Source: Psammoneis japonica (Eukaryota). Taken from it: a DNA stretch of 62,723 nucleotides. Positions 25,190 through 37,636 of the stretch are shown here, piece after piece. The notes below the pieces were generated by a model. It was given only the letters and a program-made list of their open reading frames with translations. It did not search any database and was not told the origin of the DNA. Both the position numbers and the translations under genes were made by a program. The DNA lies in NCBI GenBank assembly GCA_008632985.1, contig QPGO01000188.1, forward strand, positions 62,001-124,723, read 5' to 3'. The first letter of the stretch is position 1. Every line of letters begins with the position of its first letter.

Positions 25190-26270
25190 TGACGAATTCT
25201 CCCGCTTCTAAGGACAACTTTACTATGTATTCGATTGTTTCAAGGCAAAGACGACACTATCGATGGACCATCTTCAACAACAAGTCTTCACTGTTATGGG
25301 CGTTTGCACTTGCGTGCCTTTTCTGCCATGATGATTTCATGTTGGGCGCTCAAGCCTTTACAGTTGCCCGAAAAAATAATTGCCAAGCACATTTTACTCC
25401 AATGAAAATGTCAAGGAGTAGTGCTACTGACATTCCTTCCGAGATATCTTCACCCGTGCTCAAGCAAGTTTATCCCCATTTAGTGGCTCATATTCAAGAA
25501 TACGGCCATCCAAATATTCCACTCGGCTCCGCGCAGGTACGAGAAGTGTTGTTGTTGTGCCTGCAGTCTTCCTCTCTGGCGTGTCTGTTTCTAACTAGTT
25601 CATAAAAACATTATCCTTTTTCTCCTTTTTTCTATAGGTCGTCAGTGTCAGACTCTTCGTAAATTACAAACGCAGAAAAAACTATCAGACGTTGAAGTTG
25701 AGCTCCTGACAGAAATGAACTTTCGTTTTCACTCGTTGGAGGATGTATACCATGAAGTGGACTTTGACGAATTGTTTCAGCGCTTGGTAGAGTACGTGAT
25801 TTATGTGCTTGTGTGTATCAATTATAAAAAGTTTGTGTTGCTCTTGTGTGTCTCGCGAAAACTCACGTGCAAGAATCATGTTTTTGTAATTTTTGCTTCC
25901 CGTCTCTAGCTACGAACAAGAGTACATGACTGGGTTTCAAGTTCCAAAGAAATACGAGCTGGATCCGGAATTGGGTGCGTGGGTGACGGGGATTCGAAGA
26001 TTGGGTCCAACCGGAGTGCAACCGAATCATGCCGACAAGTTGAATGAGGTTGGCTTTGCTTGGAAATCGAATCGCAAGTGTGGGAGTAAATTTATGCAAC
26101 AATATAGAGCCATTCGAGAACGAATTGACAAGGGAGAAGAGGGTGTGTTGGAGAGTACTGAAGTGCAAGAGTGGCTTGGTGCACAGCGAGACGCTTATAA
26201 ACGCGGTGCTTTGGGCGAGACACGGTCGCATTACATGGCCCAGGTGTTTGGGGAGGAATGGAATCAATAG
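25190..26270 (+). CDS. Helicase-associated (HA) domain protein with signal/plastid-type N-terminus; 3 exons (introns ~25537-25637 and ~25794-25909)
   Basis: EYGHPNIP and FQVPKKYELDPELGAWVTGIRR...KLNEVGFAW match HA repeats; GT-AG introns are visible; the start codon is uncertain. Confidence 0.7.
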
Positions 26271-26840
26271 AAATAGAACAAATCATGCCATCCGGTTTAT
26301 GTTTTCGTGTACGATGAGGTGACTATCTTACCTTTCGTTACGGTTGTTAGGACTTATGAACGTATACTGTTGTGTCCTGCATCTCCTTTTGTTAGATTAT
26401 TTGTGTCTCACTGTTCTGCTCTAGAAAGCAACGACACCATGAGAGCCATAGACTAAGATTATGATGCATACACAAAGCAATATGCCTTTTAAGAAGTTTG
26501 TAGAAGCCCCGAGCTATTGGCAGGGATGGGATGAAGTGTCGAGGTATGGCAATCAGCAGTCATCGCGCAACCGCTCTAGGACAAGCAGATTCTCGCCACG
26601 CAACCTTCAAACTCGTCATTGCCGCTCACAGAACCTCTAGCTAGTAGTAGACTGTATTCTCATTGTGAATAATAAATGCAAGTGCAGTCGTTCGAGTCGA
26701 CACTCAATCAATAGGATAGCCAGACTTTTCATAAGAGAAAAAAAATCTTGTTTACTAAGCTATGACTACTAAATTGGATGGAAACTACCAAGCAGATTCC
26801 AAGGTCGGTTCATGGTATTCAACCAAGCAAAAAGCATAAT

Positions 26841-27244
26841 CTACTCCACCTTCAAACCGGCAAAGGTTCCCTCCTCTCGTTCCTCGTCCCATTTCTCGGT
26901 CCAAATCGAGGGGCAGATACTCGTGGCCATTTGACGCATCGGCTTGCATCCTTCGTCATCCTTGGTTGATTTGACGCAAAGCAACCATTCATTGTAGCGA
27001 TTCCAGCAGTGATTGGCTTGGTTTTGGGAGGGGAAACGGGCATCACGGGGAGTCGTCCTCGTGTTTTCCACCAGCTTGAGCAAGGCCGATTCCTCCTTGT
27101 TGAGCTCCGGAGGCAACTCCGTGAAAATCTAAAAAATGTATGAATCAGAAAAAGATGAGTGAGACTGTATCCTACAGAACTAGTGTGGTATAAGCCTCTC
27201 GTTTGTGGCGTAGAACCTACCTTGTTGAGCTTGACTTCTCCCAT
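26841..27244 (-). CDS. COX6B: Cytochrome c oxidase subunit 6B; exons 27244-27221 and 27128-26841
   Basis: TTPRDARFPSQNQANHCWNRYNEWLLC...C...ICPSIWTEKWDEEREEGTFAG (Cx9C-Cx10C); in-frame GT-AG intron. Confidence 0.93.
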
Positions 27245-27710
27245 GATTTCTGTTCGGAAGATTCGAAAAGAAAAAATGAGGGTGTTAGGACAGATGGAAT
27301 ACGGAATCTCGAAATCACGATGAACGCGCAACACCCACGATCCGAACTCTGAAAAAGATCGGCGTTGAACCCTACAAACAGCGACATGCATTCCACAATA
27401 CAACGACAATATCAATGACACGTCTTTTCATCAAAATAAAACAACGATCTGCAGCAGCGTAATGGTCATTCGAAGCATGCTCAGGTGCGGCACACACACA
27501 CCTTGTCCTTGTCGTCTCTTGGTCGACGCAAAGTGTTGCTCTTTGTGATGCTGGCGAGCGTAACAGTACGAAGGCTGTGTAGGAATCTACATACACATCA
27601 TCAGTATTCATTTCGCGTACGTACGCAATCTTCATCTTTCGCGCGATAATCATGCGCGAAATTTGCGGATTGATGATGTTAATTCATTTTTTGTGATGCC
27701 TGACATCACC

Positions 27711-29164
27711 ATGGCGTCTTCTTTGCCCCGTCGTTCTCCAATGTTGAGGTCAAAAGACCGCATAGTATCATGCCTAAGCGTTGTGTTGCTCCTGATACAG
27801 GCATCCTCGAGTTTCATACCTGATCCACGGATCCATCGTCTACGCTTTACAACAATAACATTGCACACAACAACCACACCAGATACCGAGTATTATTCTG
27901 CAGTCCCTATTCGACCGGAACCCAAGCAACAAGAGCAGCGCATCACATTGACTCGGTTCCTACAAAATAAAGTGAAAAAGAATCCAGAACTGTCGAATTT
28001 AGATTTTTTGTTATCGATTCAAATGGCCTGTAAAACGATTGCAAGTCTCGTTCACAGAACCGGCCTCGTGTACAATCGCGACGATTCTCGAGAATATTAC
28101 CAAGCCACCGAGTATCCACCGTCGGATGGACGTTTTTATTCCATGAAGCGACTGGATCAACTATCGACCAATGTCTTGAAGAATGCATTGCGATTTACAG
28201 GAAAGGTAAACTTGGTCACTCCTGCAGCCGAAACGGACGGAGAAGAACCGGCCAACCATCAACCCGGTGTGCTGATTGCGAGTGCTATTGATTCCAATTA
28301 TGGTAAGTAGTTGATATGTTTGTGACTGAGATATTGTAGTAGTTGTGATTTCTCATATTGATTACCAATATCTCTTATTTAATTTCTTTCTTTGCAACAA
28401 ACTATACAGTCGCCGTACTGGATCCTTTGGATGGAAGTGGCAATGCTGACGCATCCATTTGTACAGGCACGGTCTTTGGTGTCTTTGAAAATACATTACA
28501 AGAAAGCGATGATGGCACTGACAATGTGGTGGTGGGTGGGTCCGATGACAATAGCAATTCCCCATCCACATTGCTCGATGCCGTCTTGCAACCGGCAAAC
28601 AAAATGGTGGCTGCTGGATACTGTTTGTACAGCAGTGCCACCGTTCTAGTCTTTACACTCGGAGAGGGTTGTGTTTATGGCTTTACGTTGGACCCGCAAA
28701 CCAAAGAGTTTGTCATGACGCATGCGAATTTGACCATCCCCAAACGTGGCAATGTGTATTCCTGCAACGAAGCCAATTCCGAAGGATGGTCTCAAGAGTT
28801 TAAAGATTACCTCGTCTCCTTGAAGACTGGAAACAATCAAACCAATCGTCGATATGCACATCGTTATGTCGGAAGCATGGTGGGTGATATTCATCGTACG
28901 CTATTATATGGTGGCGTCTTTTGTTATCCAAGCGATTCAGGATTGCATCCTCAGGGGAACTTGCAACTGCTTTACAAGTCGGCACCCATGGCGTTTGTTG
29001 TAGATCAAGCGGGAGGTAAGGCTACCAATGGGGTTTCGGACTTGCTCAATATACGACCCGAGCGCATCCACCAAAAGTCACCGTGCTTTATGGGATCGCC
29101 TGACGATATTGATGAGCTGCAAAGCTATCTAGTTTCAACAAAGAGTAATTCTTTGTCGGAATGA
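27711..29164 (+). CDS. FBP: Fructose-1,6-bisphosphatase class 1, plastid-targeted; exons 27711-28302 and 28410-29164
   Basis: ASSSF bipartite signal; SIQMACKTIA, DPLDGSGN, RYVGSMVGDIHRTLLYGG, IHQKSPCFMGS. LQLLYKSAPM replaces the canonical LRLLYECxPM. Confidence 0.92.
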
Positions 29165-30624
29165 GATAGTCAGGACGATGAACAGGACTGAATAGACATT
29201 ATCCTACCTTCTTATCCAATCATGTGCTGATAAATACATAAAGAAACAAGGATTTAGTTGCCACTGTCTGCACTGATTGTTTTGTAGCTGCTACGGAACT
29301 AACAGGAGTGGACGCTCAAGGCTCGCCAACAGGGCATACAGCCATGCAGAGCGTTGGGAGGTGCATTGCCAGCCTTCTTGCAAATGGCATGTTAAATGTG
29401 AAATGACTCGGCGGACCAGCCATGGCAGCAAGAGGATCCATCATTTGAAAAGAAAGAGACCCACTTGGATTCGTTGCAATGGTCGTTTTGTCAACGGACT
29501 GGAATTGTGAGGGACGAAGGCATGCCCCCACCGACTTTGTTCGCCAAGAAGGCCAGAATAAAAAAACTGTTTCGACCATTCATTCTTGACATGCTTCTTG
29601 CAAATGGTTCACGCCCCTTGCTTCATTGATGTAAGGGATGAACAAGGGGCTTTTGCCAAGTTGACAGGTGAAAGAGAGATGAGACGTGATGAGATGATGG
29701 TGAACTCAACATCGTCATCACGAACACCACCGCGGGCATCACAGCCAAACAACCCAACAACAAAGACCATTCAGTGCACAATGCTGCCACCACCAGAGCA
29801 CCCAATGAAACCACCATTGTTGCCACAAAAACAAATGCATGGCATGTCTCTCTTCTGCCAAATGCTGACATGAACTGGCATGATGGTGACTGGCACTGGT
29901 GCAAGTTGATTCAACACATGGCAGCCTTGACGGCAGCCGCCACCACAACCAATTTGGGACATGCTGCTGCCGCATCTGGTCGGGCCCTGCTGAGTTGATG
30001 ACACCCCACACTTTGGATGAATTGTTGACACTTGCTTGGAAAATGCCGTTGCAGATCATGTTGATTGGCAAAGCTGCAGGTTGTGCACCTTTGCTCTCAA
30101 AAGAATGGCAAAATGAAAAACAGCCCCCCATTCTCTCTTGTTTTGAGTTTGCCCACAACTTTTGAGGAAGGGTCCAAAGCTGCAGTTTTGACATTGATGT
30201 CAATGCTTCAAATTGGGGCAAAGAAGTCTGCAAAAGCTGTCAATGTGCAGAGTGTCAACTTGAGGCAAGATGAAGCAACCACAAATGGAAAATGTTTTTG
30301 TCTGCACTTGTGTGTGTTTTGCACAAGCGCCACAGCACCGTTGCTCCCAAAAACTCCCTGATGCCTCAAAGGCTTGCTTTTCACTGTTTGATGGGTTCCA
30401 GTCCTGAGTGGAACTCCGTGTGACATTGGGCTCACAGAATTCTCCATGGGCCCGCAGAATTCCATGTGCGAGCTCCGCAGCAAATTTGTTGAGCAATTAA
30501 AGTGCAAATCATCGCCAACAGAAAAAGAGGTGATTTTGTGAGCACAGCTCCTCTCCACACTTGAAGCACATCATCAACAGTTTGCCCGGGGGTGCATTCT
30601 GCAGACATTAAAGAATGTGCCCAG

Positions 30625-31075
30625 CACATTTTCGTTCTCACAAATGTTGAAAACAGAAAGCCTTTGGCTTTGCAAAACAGGGAGCATGAAACAATTTCAT
30701 CAAAAATCACATGCAGCCAACTGCACGCAACGTGCGCGACATGCGATGCGATCCAAAAAACTCTTGATGTCACAGTTCAGCAGTGTGAGGTCCCACCCAG
30801 AGCTGGAATGCATCTGGTGTGGGTTCTTGATTCCGGGCTCTCCTGCAGTCAGCCCATGCATGATGCACACAGAGCCTGCATTCTCACAAGTGCTGAAAAT
30901 GGAAAGCCTTTGGCTTCGCAAAATGGGGCCACCAAAAAATTTTGCAGAACATCATTTTGCAGAACATCACACGCAGCCATGATCTGTGTGCATGACATGT
31001 GATGCAATCCAAAAAAACTCTTGATGTCACAGTTCAGCAGCACCAGGTCCCACCTGAAGCTGGAGTGCATCGGGT
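30625..31075. repeat. Degenerate tandem duplication (~250-bp period)
   Basis: GAAAGCCTTTGGCTT.GCAAAA and ATCCAAAAAA.CTCTTGATGTCACAGTTCAGCAG...GGTCCCACC each occur twice. Confidence 0.8.
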
Positions 31076-32539
31076 TGACCAAGGAAGCGGTGGCAGGTGG
31101 TGACAAGCGGTGGGTGGTGACTTTGGGAGAGAGAGTTGGGTTGTTGGCGGGGTTGGTTGGCTGCCTGCAGACAAGAAAGCACTTTTCTGCAAATTTCTGT
31201 TGACACATTGGGCGCTTAAAACAGTGGTTCAGTCCTCCATGTCATTGCCTCCTTGTCCACAAAACTGCCTGGAACAGTTTGGGGGAAAGAGGAGTGAACC
31301 CAGTCCAATCCTTGGGGCGAACATGGGTTGCAAGCACCCAAGCATTTTCCTCTCAAAAATGTGAGTCTCTCATTTGGCACATTGGTGGAAAAGTCTCAGG
31401 CATTTGCTTTGTTTGGGCCGTTTCATCATCTTGCCATCATTTTGATCAATGTGTCTTTTTCCAAAGGTTCTTGCACTGCACGCCCCTGCTGTTGCTGCTC
31501 AATTTTCTGAGTTTGGGATCAACCTTGATTGCAAGGACAAGACAAGAGACAGCAACAGCTCAAACGGATGCTGTGCTCCAATTCTTCAGAAGAGAGAACA
31601 GAAGCAAGTCCATTGCAACCCCTGGGGAGATCAAGAAGAACTCAAGTGTTTTCCTCTAAAAAATGCAAGTCAATCTTTCAGTGCATTTGCATCTTGCATT
31701 TTGTTTTGTTTTGTTTGGGGGGTGTCATTGTCTTGCAGTTGTGTGCTGCAGCAACATTCCACCAGGTGACCTTTCTTTGTGTTGCACTCTCTGTCGGGTG
31801 TTGGGCAGTGCAGCCCTGTTCTGCACCAGCTCTAGAGTGAAGCTTGGGAATTTTTGGCAATGTCTGTGATGCACACCATGCCTTGGAAGTTGTCTGGACA
31901 AGGGCTTGGGCTTGCTTTTTGAAACTGGGAACCACATTTCTGTTGATCATCTGTTGTCCATCATGTCAAGTGTGCTGTGCTGATGTGGAAGATTTGTGCT
32001 TTGAAAATTGCTGGGCATGCACCCGGCACTCTTGCCGTTGTTGATTTGGCTGGTGCACAGTGCCCTTTTGTTTTGATGCCTTTGTGTTGAAAGTTGAAAG
32101 CTCCGACACATTTGCTTCATGATTTTTGCACATGTTTGTGTTTTTTGTGGACAAGGGATGCTGTGACGCAACTTTGGCAATGTTGGATGATGCGTTGCTT
32201 GCGGTGCAAAGGAGGTGACTGCTTGATTGGAGTGTCAGCTGAGCTGCTGGACCACATCCAAGAGAATGCAACAAATGAGGGGGGCTTGATGAGTGGCACA
32301 AAAGACCGCTGTTGAGTTGGTCAAGGAGCTCAAGAGCAAGGGAGCAAATGCCGTCCATTCTCCAAATGCACCAACTTGTGCTGAACATGCTTGCCTCATG
32401 AGTGGTGTGGGAGAAAACTTGAAGAAGAAAGGTCACCAGAATCCACAACAAAATGCAATTTTGTGAAGAAAGTTGGGATCCAGGGTGGGGCTCGAGGGGC
32501 AGGCATTGGAGCTGTGTGTGTGCGGCGGGGGGGGGGGGG

Positions 32540-32852
32540 GCAACAGTGCTTTTGATCATTGGCAGCAAAGGAGGCATCACACAGCAGGACCTGGAGCAGA
32601 CAGTGGTGCAGGAGTGCAACAGTGCTTTTGGTCATTGGCCACTGGCAGCAAAGGAGGCATCACACAGCAGGGCCTGGAGCAGACAGCGGCGCAGGTGCGC
32701 AACAGTGCTTTTGGTCGTTGGCGGCAAAGGAGGCATCACACAGCAGGACCTGCTGGAACAGACAGTGGTGCAGGAGCGCAACAGTGCTTTTGGTCATTGG
32801 CAGCAAAGGAGGCATCACAAAGCAGGACCTGGAGCAGACAGCGGTGCAGGAG
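32540..32852. repeat. Tandem repeat of ~75-85-bp units (about 4 copies)
   Basis: GG[CA]GCAAAGGAGGCATCAC...GCAGGACCTGGAGCAGACAG.GGTGCAGGAG.GCAACAGTGCTTTTGGTCATT repeated. Confidence 0.9.
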
Positions 32853-33599
32853 CGGCAGGGGAGGGGGTGGTCGTGTGGGTCCTGCTGGTGTCAGGGCTTG
32901 GAGATGGAGGCAAGGTTGGTGACGCAGCAGCCATTGTTTGTGGAAATGTTGGTGGTGGTGGGGGTTGGTTGCTCTGAGGTGCTGGTGCTGGAGTTTTTGA
33001 AGGTCCGTTGGTTGGAGGTGGCGAAGGGGGCATGGCAGGACCTGGATTGGGCGGCAGCAGTGTGGGGCCTGGGAGACCCAGAGTTGGTGGAGATTGTGCA
33101 GGCAACAGTGCAGAAGAAACAGTGGGCTCAGATGCAGGGCCCAAGGCGGAAGCATTGGCCCTGGTCTCACCTTGCATCACACCGGGAGCATTGCAGGTGC
33201 AGATGACGAAGAGTCCCATTGCGGGTGCGTTGCTTGCACCGGGAGTTCAAATGACGAACTTCATGGGCAAGCCCGTCTTTTCAAAAATGATGCTCACAGC
33301 TGCACACACAGCACTGAAAGGGGTCTTTGTGTTGCATCATGGATGACAACACAGTGATCATGCTTTCGAAAGTTCTTGCTGCCACAAATGCAATTGACGC
33401 AGACAGTGCGCATGCAGTCTGGCCGCCTGCAGAGCATCACCACAGCGCGGCCGGTGAGTTTTGTGTCCACGTGTGTCGAGGTTTTCCCCCCCGACCGACC
33501 ATGTCAGTTGTTGGCGAAACAGCAACAGCACATCGGCTGGTGCAGTGAGACCACACCGCAGCAACAGCGCACTGTCATTTACTCAGTGCATTTGTCATC

Positions 33600-35232
33600 C
33601 AGTGACGGCACAATTCGAGATTCCCAACCCACTGAAAGCTGATCGAGACTTTGGCAAAGAGCATGGTTTAATGCTGCAACATGTTAATGAAGTCAGTCAC
33701 GGTGAATTCGAAGAAGCAGCCGAGCTTGTCATGGAGCAGTCAAATTTCACAGAAGATGAACACCGGAGTGCCCTGCAGCCGTGGCAATCCAACGATGCCG
33801 TCGTGGTGGCAAGACGTTTCACTGCATGCTGTTGCGGCTTTGTTGCAAAACAGGGCCAACCGTGGGGAACACTGCTCCCAAGTCATTTGTGTGTCACTCA
33901 ACGGTGACACGGCGTTTGATCCGCGTCAGGAGACAGCTCATGGGGCGACAACGTCACGCTTGGCTTGGGAACTGAGCGCCCGAGAGGGGAATTTCTGTCG
34001 TTTTTGCTCCAAGTCTCTGATTTTTCAAGTGCAGATGTGTGGTTGACGGATGAAAGCAGCCATGTCATGCTTCTCATTGATGAGTTGAGTGCCATTCATC
34101 ACAACATGGAGGGACACCAGGACATGAGTGAATTGCTTGTGACTTTGTGCAGCAAGATGGGTGCGCTTTGCTCTGCTCTGCGCATCTGTGCAGCACTGCT
34201 GATCTGTTGAGAGGAAGACATCCAGGAGGACTTCACCCCCCAGCAGAGCTTTCCAGGCGAAAACATGAATGGGCTGAGATCCCTCAATTCAGACAATCAA
34301 GTGCTTTCAAGGCATGATGTTGCAAAGCCATTCAGAACAACCATCGTTTTGGTGTGCCGTGCTTCGGGGGCGCATTCCCGCACTTGTCATCCAGACACGT
34401 GAAATTTCAACATGTGCCTCAGGTGCAATCATTGAACCCCGTCACCAGAAGGCATGCCAGAAGAAGAACAAGAACGGCACAAGCGCCTTTCAGAAGAACG
34501 ACGCAAATGCCTTTCTGCTGTGATGACAGGTGCATCGAACAGCTTCCAAACGAGCACAATTTGTTCCGGGCTTGTTCCCACAGGAGTGAGCGATTTGCAG
34601 CTATGGATGAAAGCGAGCCATTGTTTGCGTGGCCTCCTTTTGTGCTCGCTCAACGAAACATTCTAGGAAAGAAATGTCATCTTTTCCAGACCACATTGGA
34701 ACAACCTTGCTTGTTGACCGAACCAAGGCCTTTCTGATCATGATGTTCCGACATGTCAGGCGACAATTTTTTGGAACTGAGACTTGATGGATTTTTTGAA
34801 GTAGGCGTTTTGACGGTGTGCAAGCATGCTGTGCATGCATCTTTTCCAACCTGCGACTTCTTTCTCCTTCATCGTGAAGGCAAGAGAAAGTGGAAAGTCA
34901 TTGTGGGCTGCCAGTGCAAACAAGGCAGCGAGAATCCCAGCGAAGATGCATGGAAAGATGTCCCCACATCTGTCTGGATCGAAGGCAAATGTCGCAGGTG
35001 TCGTGTGTGGGGTGATGGGCAACGGGTTTCCATGAAATTGCACCGAGGTTGGACATTGCTGAGTGAATCCAACCAAGCTGATTTGCTTGGTGTTTCCGTG
35101 GCTGAAGCTCTTCCACAAGAGCCAGCAAGCAGGCAAGAAGAAAGACAGTGCTGCGTGGCCGAGCAAGAATGGGACGCACGCCATTTAGACTCACAAAACT
35201 CCCAATGCAGCGCAAAAAGACAGCGTGTGTAA
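33600..35232 (+). pseudogene. Degenerate multi-frame coding relic; C-terminal part resembles a PD-(D/E)XK/Crinkler-type nuclease domain
   Basis: Protein-like segments across frames (SRLAWELSAREG, VLRGRIPAL, CDFFLLHREG...VIVGCQCKQG) with Cys/His where Tyr would be expected. The family call is weak inference. Confidence 0.3.
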
Positions 35233-37180
35233 TTGGCGAGGTGGGTGAGAGATCAGCAATAAGTCCATTTAAAGATTGACACTTGGTGATGACAAGTTGG
35301 TCCCTCGGTTGTCTTTTTGAAACCGTTTTTTGTGAGTTGTTTCACGAACTTGTCGATGCGATTGCAGTCGAAGTGCCGCATGTCTTCCGAGAGTCAAAGC
35401 GCACCGTACGCAAGTCGGACACGAGCTCTTCCAGGATTCGTGGAGCTGTTGCTGTCGCTTTCACTGGTGGTGTCGCAGGCCCCTTGTGGAGCGCCGCTGC
35501 ATGCGGTGTGTGTGCACTGGTGCGATGGACTTGAATCTGCGCAGCATGATGAGCAGTTGTCTCGATTTGCCGCCGGATGATTGTGAGTTGATCCATCTGA
35601 CCGGCAGTTGGGCGTGCGGGTTCAACATTCAATGGGACTCAGCACCTGCCAGATGCTTTGAGACAAGCAGTGCCTGTGGCACCAGCAGTGCGGTGCACAA
35701 TCCATTTCTGTCTGTCCTGGAGACGGGTGCTGACGAGCAGCATGGTTGCCACCGCCCCCTGATGTGTGGTGGAAACTTTTCAATTTTGGCAGAGTGGGGT
35801 GAGTTTGAAAGTCTGCATGTGTGGACTCAATCCATTTTATTTTAACTGGCTGCCAGAGCTGGGGGCCAAGTTTGCCAGTCTGGAAAAAGGGGCACAAAAT
35901 CAGTCTCAAATTTGCCAAGCCAAAGTTCTTTCCTCTGACTGCACTTCATTGCAGAGAGAGAGAATCTTTTAGCACCATTGTTTGTCACCATTGGGCATCT
36001 GCTTCAACTTGAAAATGATTGCATGACAAAGAAACACAGAGGGTGGAAGAGCAGGGGTGTCAAACATTGGCATTGTGCCTCATCCCTCATCCCAAACTGT
36101 GTTGACACTTGCACCATGCAACACAAATGGGATCATGTTGGCTTCAATCATGTTTTAAATGTGCACTTTGTTCATGGAAAATGAAAACTGAGGGTGCGTG
36201 ATGACGGCAAAATCACAAGGTGGACTTGCTGCTCCATGCTGGGAGATGTGGCTGGCCTGCTTGGGTTGCAGATAAACAAGATTTCTCACCACCCCACACA
36301 ACCACGCACCTGGGACAGGAATCTCTTCTCCAGGTTTGTTGAGTCTTTTTCAAGCTCATCAGCAACAGGCAAGCGTTCTTCTGTCAAGATGACAGGCAGC
36401 TCCCCATTCCAGGGCTCTTCACACCTTCGAAAGTGGTTGGTTGCACCCTCAAAGCCAGGCCATGCAGACAAGACAACTCGACAACAGCCTGCCTTTAAAA
36501 ATGCATCAAAGGCAGGGTCAACATCTTCATGCAGCACACACTCTGTCCAGCAACTCTTCTTTCCCCAGAAATGTGGGTGAGTCAGCCAAGTCATTTGCTT
36601 CTGTTCAAATGCTTTCCAAAATGATTGATCTGAGAGACTCCATGTTGACCAAGCTTGATGGCTTCAAACTTGTTGAAGTGCTGTGCACTTGCTGGGACAG
36701 CAGTGCAGTGTTTCTTCAGTTCACCTTTTGTCAGTTGAAGGTCAACAGAGGAGGGGTTCTTCCTCCTGGCTGCAATGTCAGCCTTGGCCTCAGCCGCTGC
36801 CAGCTTCACACTTCATGCTCCTCTTTTTTGTGCTGCACACATTCGTGGACTTGCCATGTGTTTTTCCAGTCACCATTGCTGCACAGAGGGCTTGGTGTGC
36901 TCACATTTAACCATGACACAAACTGCAACATCCAAAACATCATTTGTGATCAAACCAAAGGCGCGCATGCATTGGCGCTTGTTGTCGAGTGCTGCGCTCC
37001 ACACCCATGAAGTTCCTGGGGCAAACTGGTGATTCGGCATCTCAACATGACATCAACAAGATCCTTGTCAGACCAGACATTGTTGGCCACAGCAACAGTG
37101 CCATGGACAGCCCTGTGCCATCCTCCATTTGCATCTCTGTGCCAAATGGGCATGATCAATCTTCTTGTTCTTGCCAGGCT

Positions 37181-37636
37181 GAACTTGCAACTGCTTTGCA
37201 AGTTGGCACCCATGGTGTTTGTTGCAGACCAAGCTGGAGGTGAGGCTGCTGGTGGGGTTTCTGACTTGCTCAACATGCCACCTGAGCACACCCATCAAAA
37301 GTTGCCATGCTTTGTGGGCTTGCCTGACGACATTGATGAGCTGCAAAGCTGCTTTGTTTAAAAAGAGCAACACTTCATTGGAACAAGATGAACACAGGAC
37401 TGAACAGACATTGTCTCACCTTCTCATCCAATCATGTGCTGACAAATGCACAAAGAAACAAGGGTTTGGTTGCCACTGTCTGCACTGGTTGTTTTGCAGC
37501 TGCTGCAGATCCAACAGGGGGGTTGACACTCAAGGCTCACCAGTGGGGCATGCAGCCATGCCGAGTGTTAAGAGGTGCATTGCCAGCCTTCATGCAAAAA
37601 ACAGCATGTGTCAAATGTGAAATGACCCAGCTGACC
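37181..37636 (+). pseudogene. Hypermutated duplicate of the FBPase 3' coding end plus 3' flank (source 28957-~29415)
   Basis: Collinear alignment; translates NLQLLCKLAPMVFVADQAGG...PDDIDELQSC versus NLQLLYKSAPMAFVVDQAGG...PDDIDELQSY in the gene. Confidence 0.95.

Noticed and set aside
32815..33346. Pro-rich extracellular-protein gene on the minus strand
   Set aside because: It lies in a TpA-depleted repeat domain, is interrupted by stops and has no identifiable domain; at most a relic.
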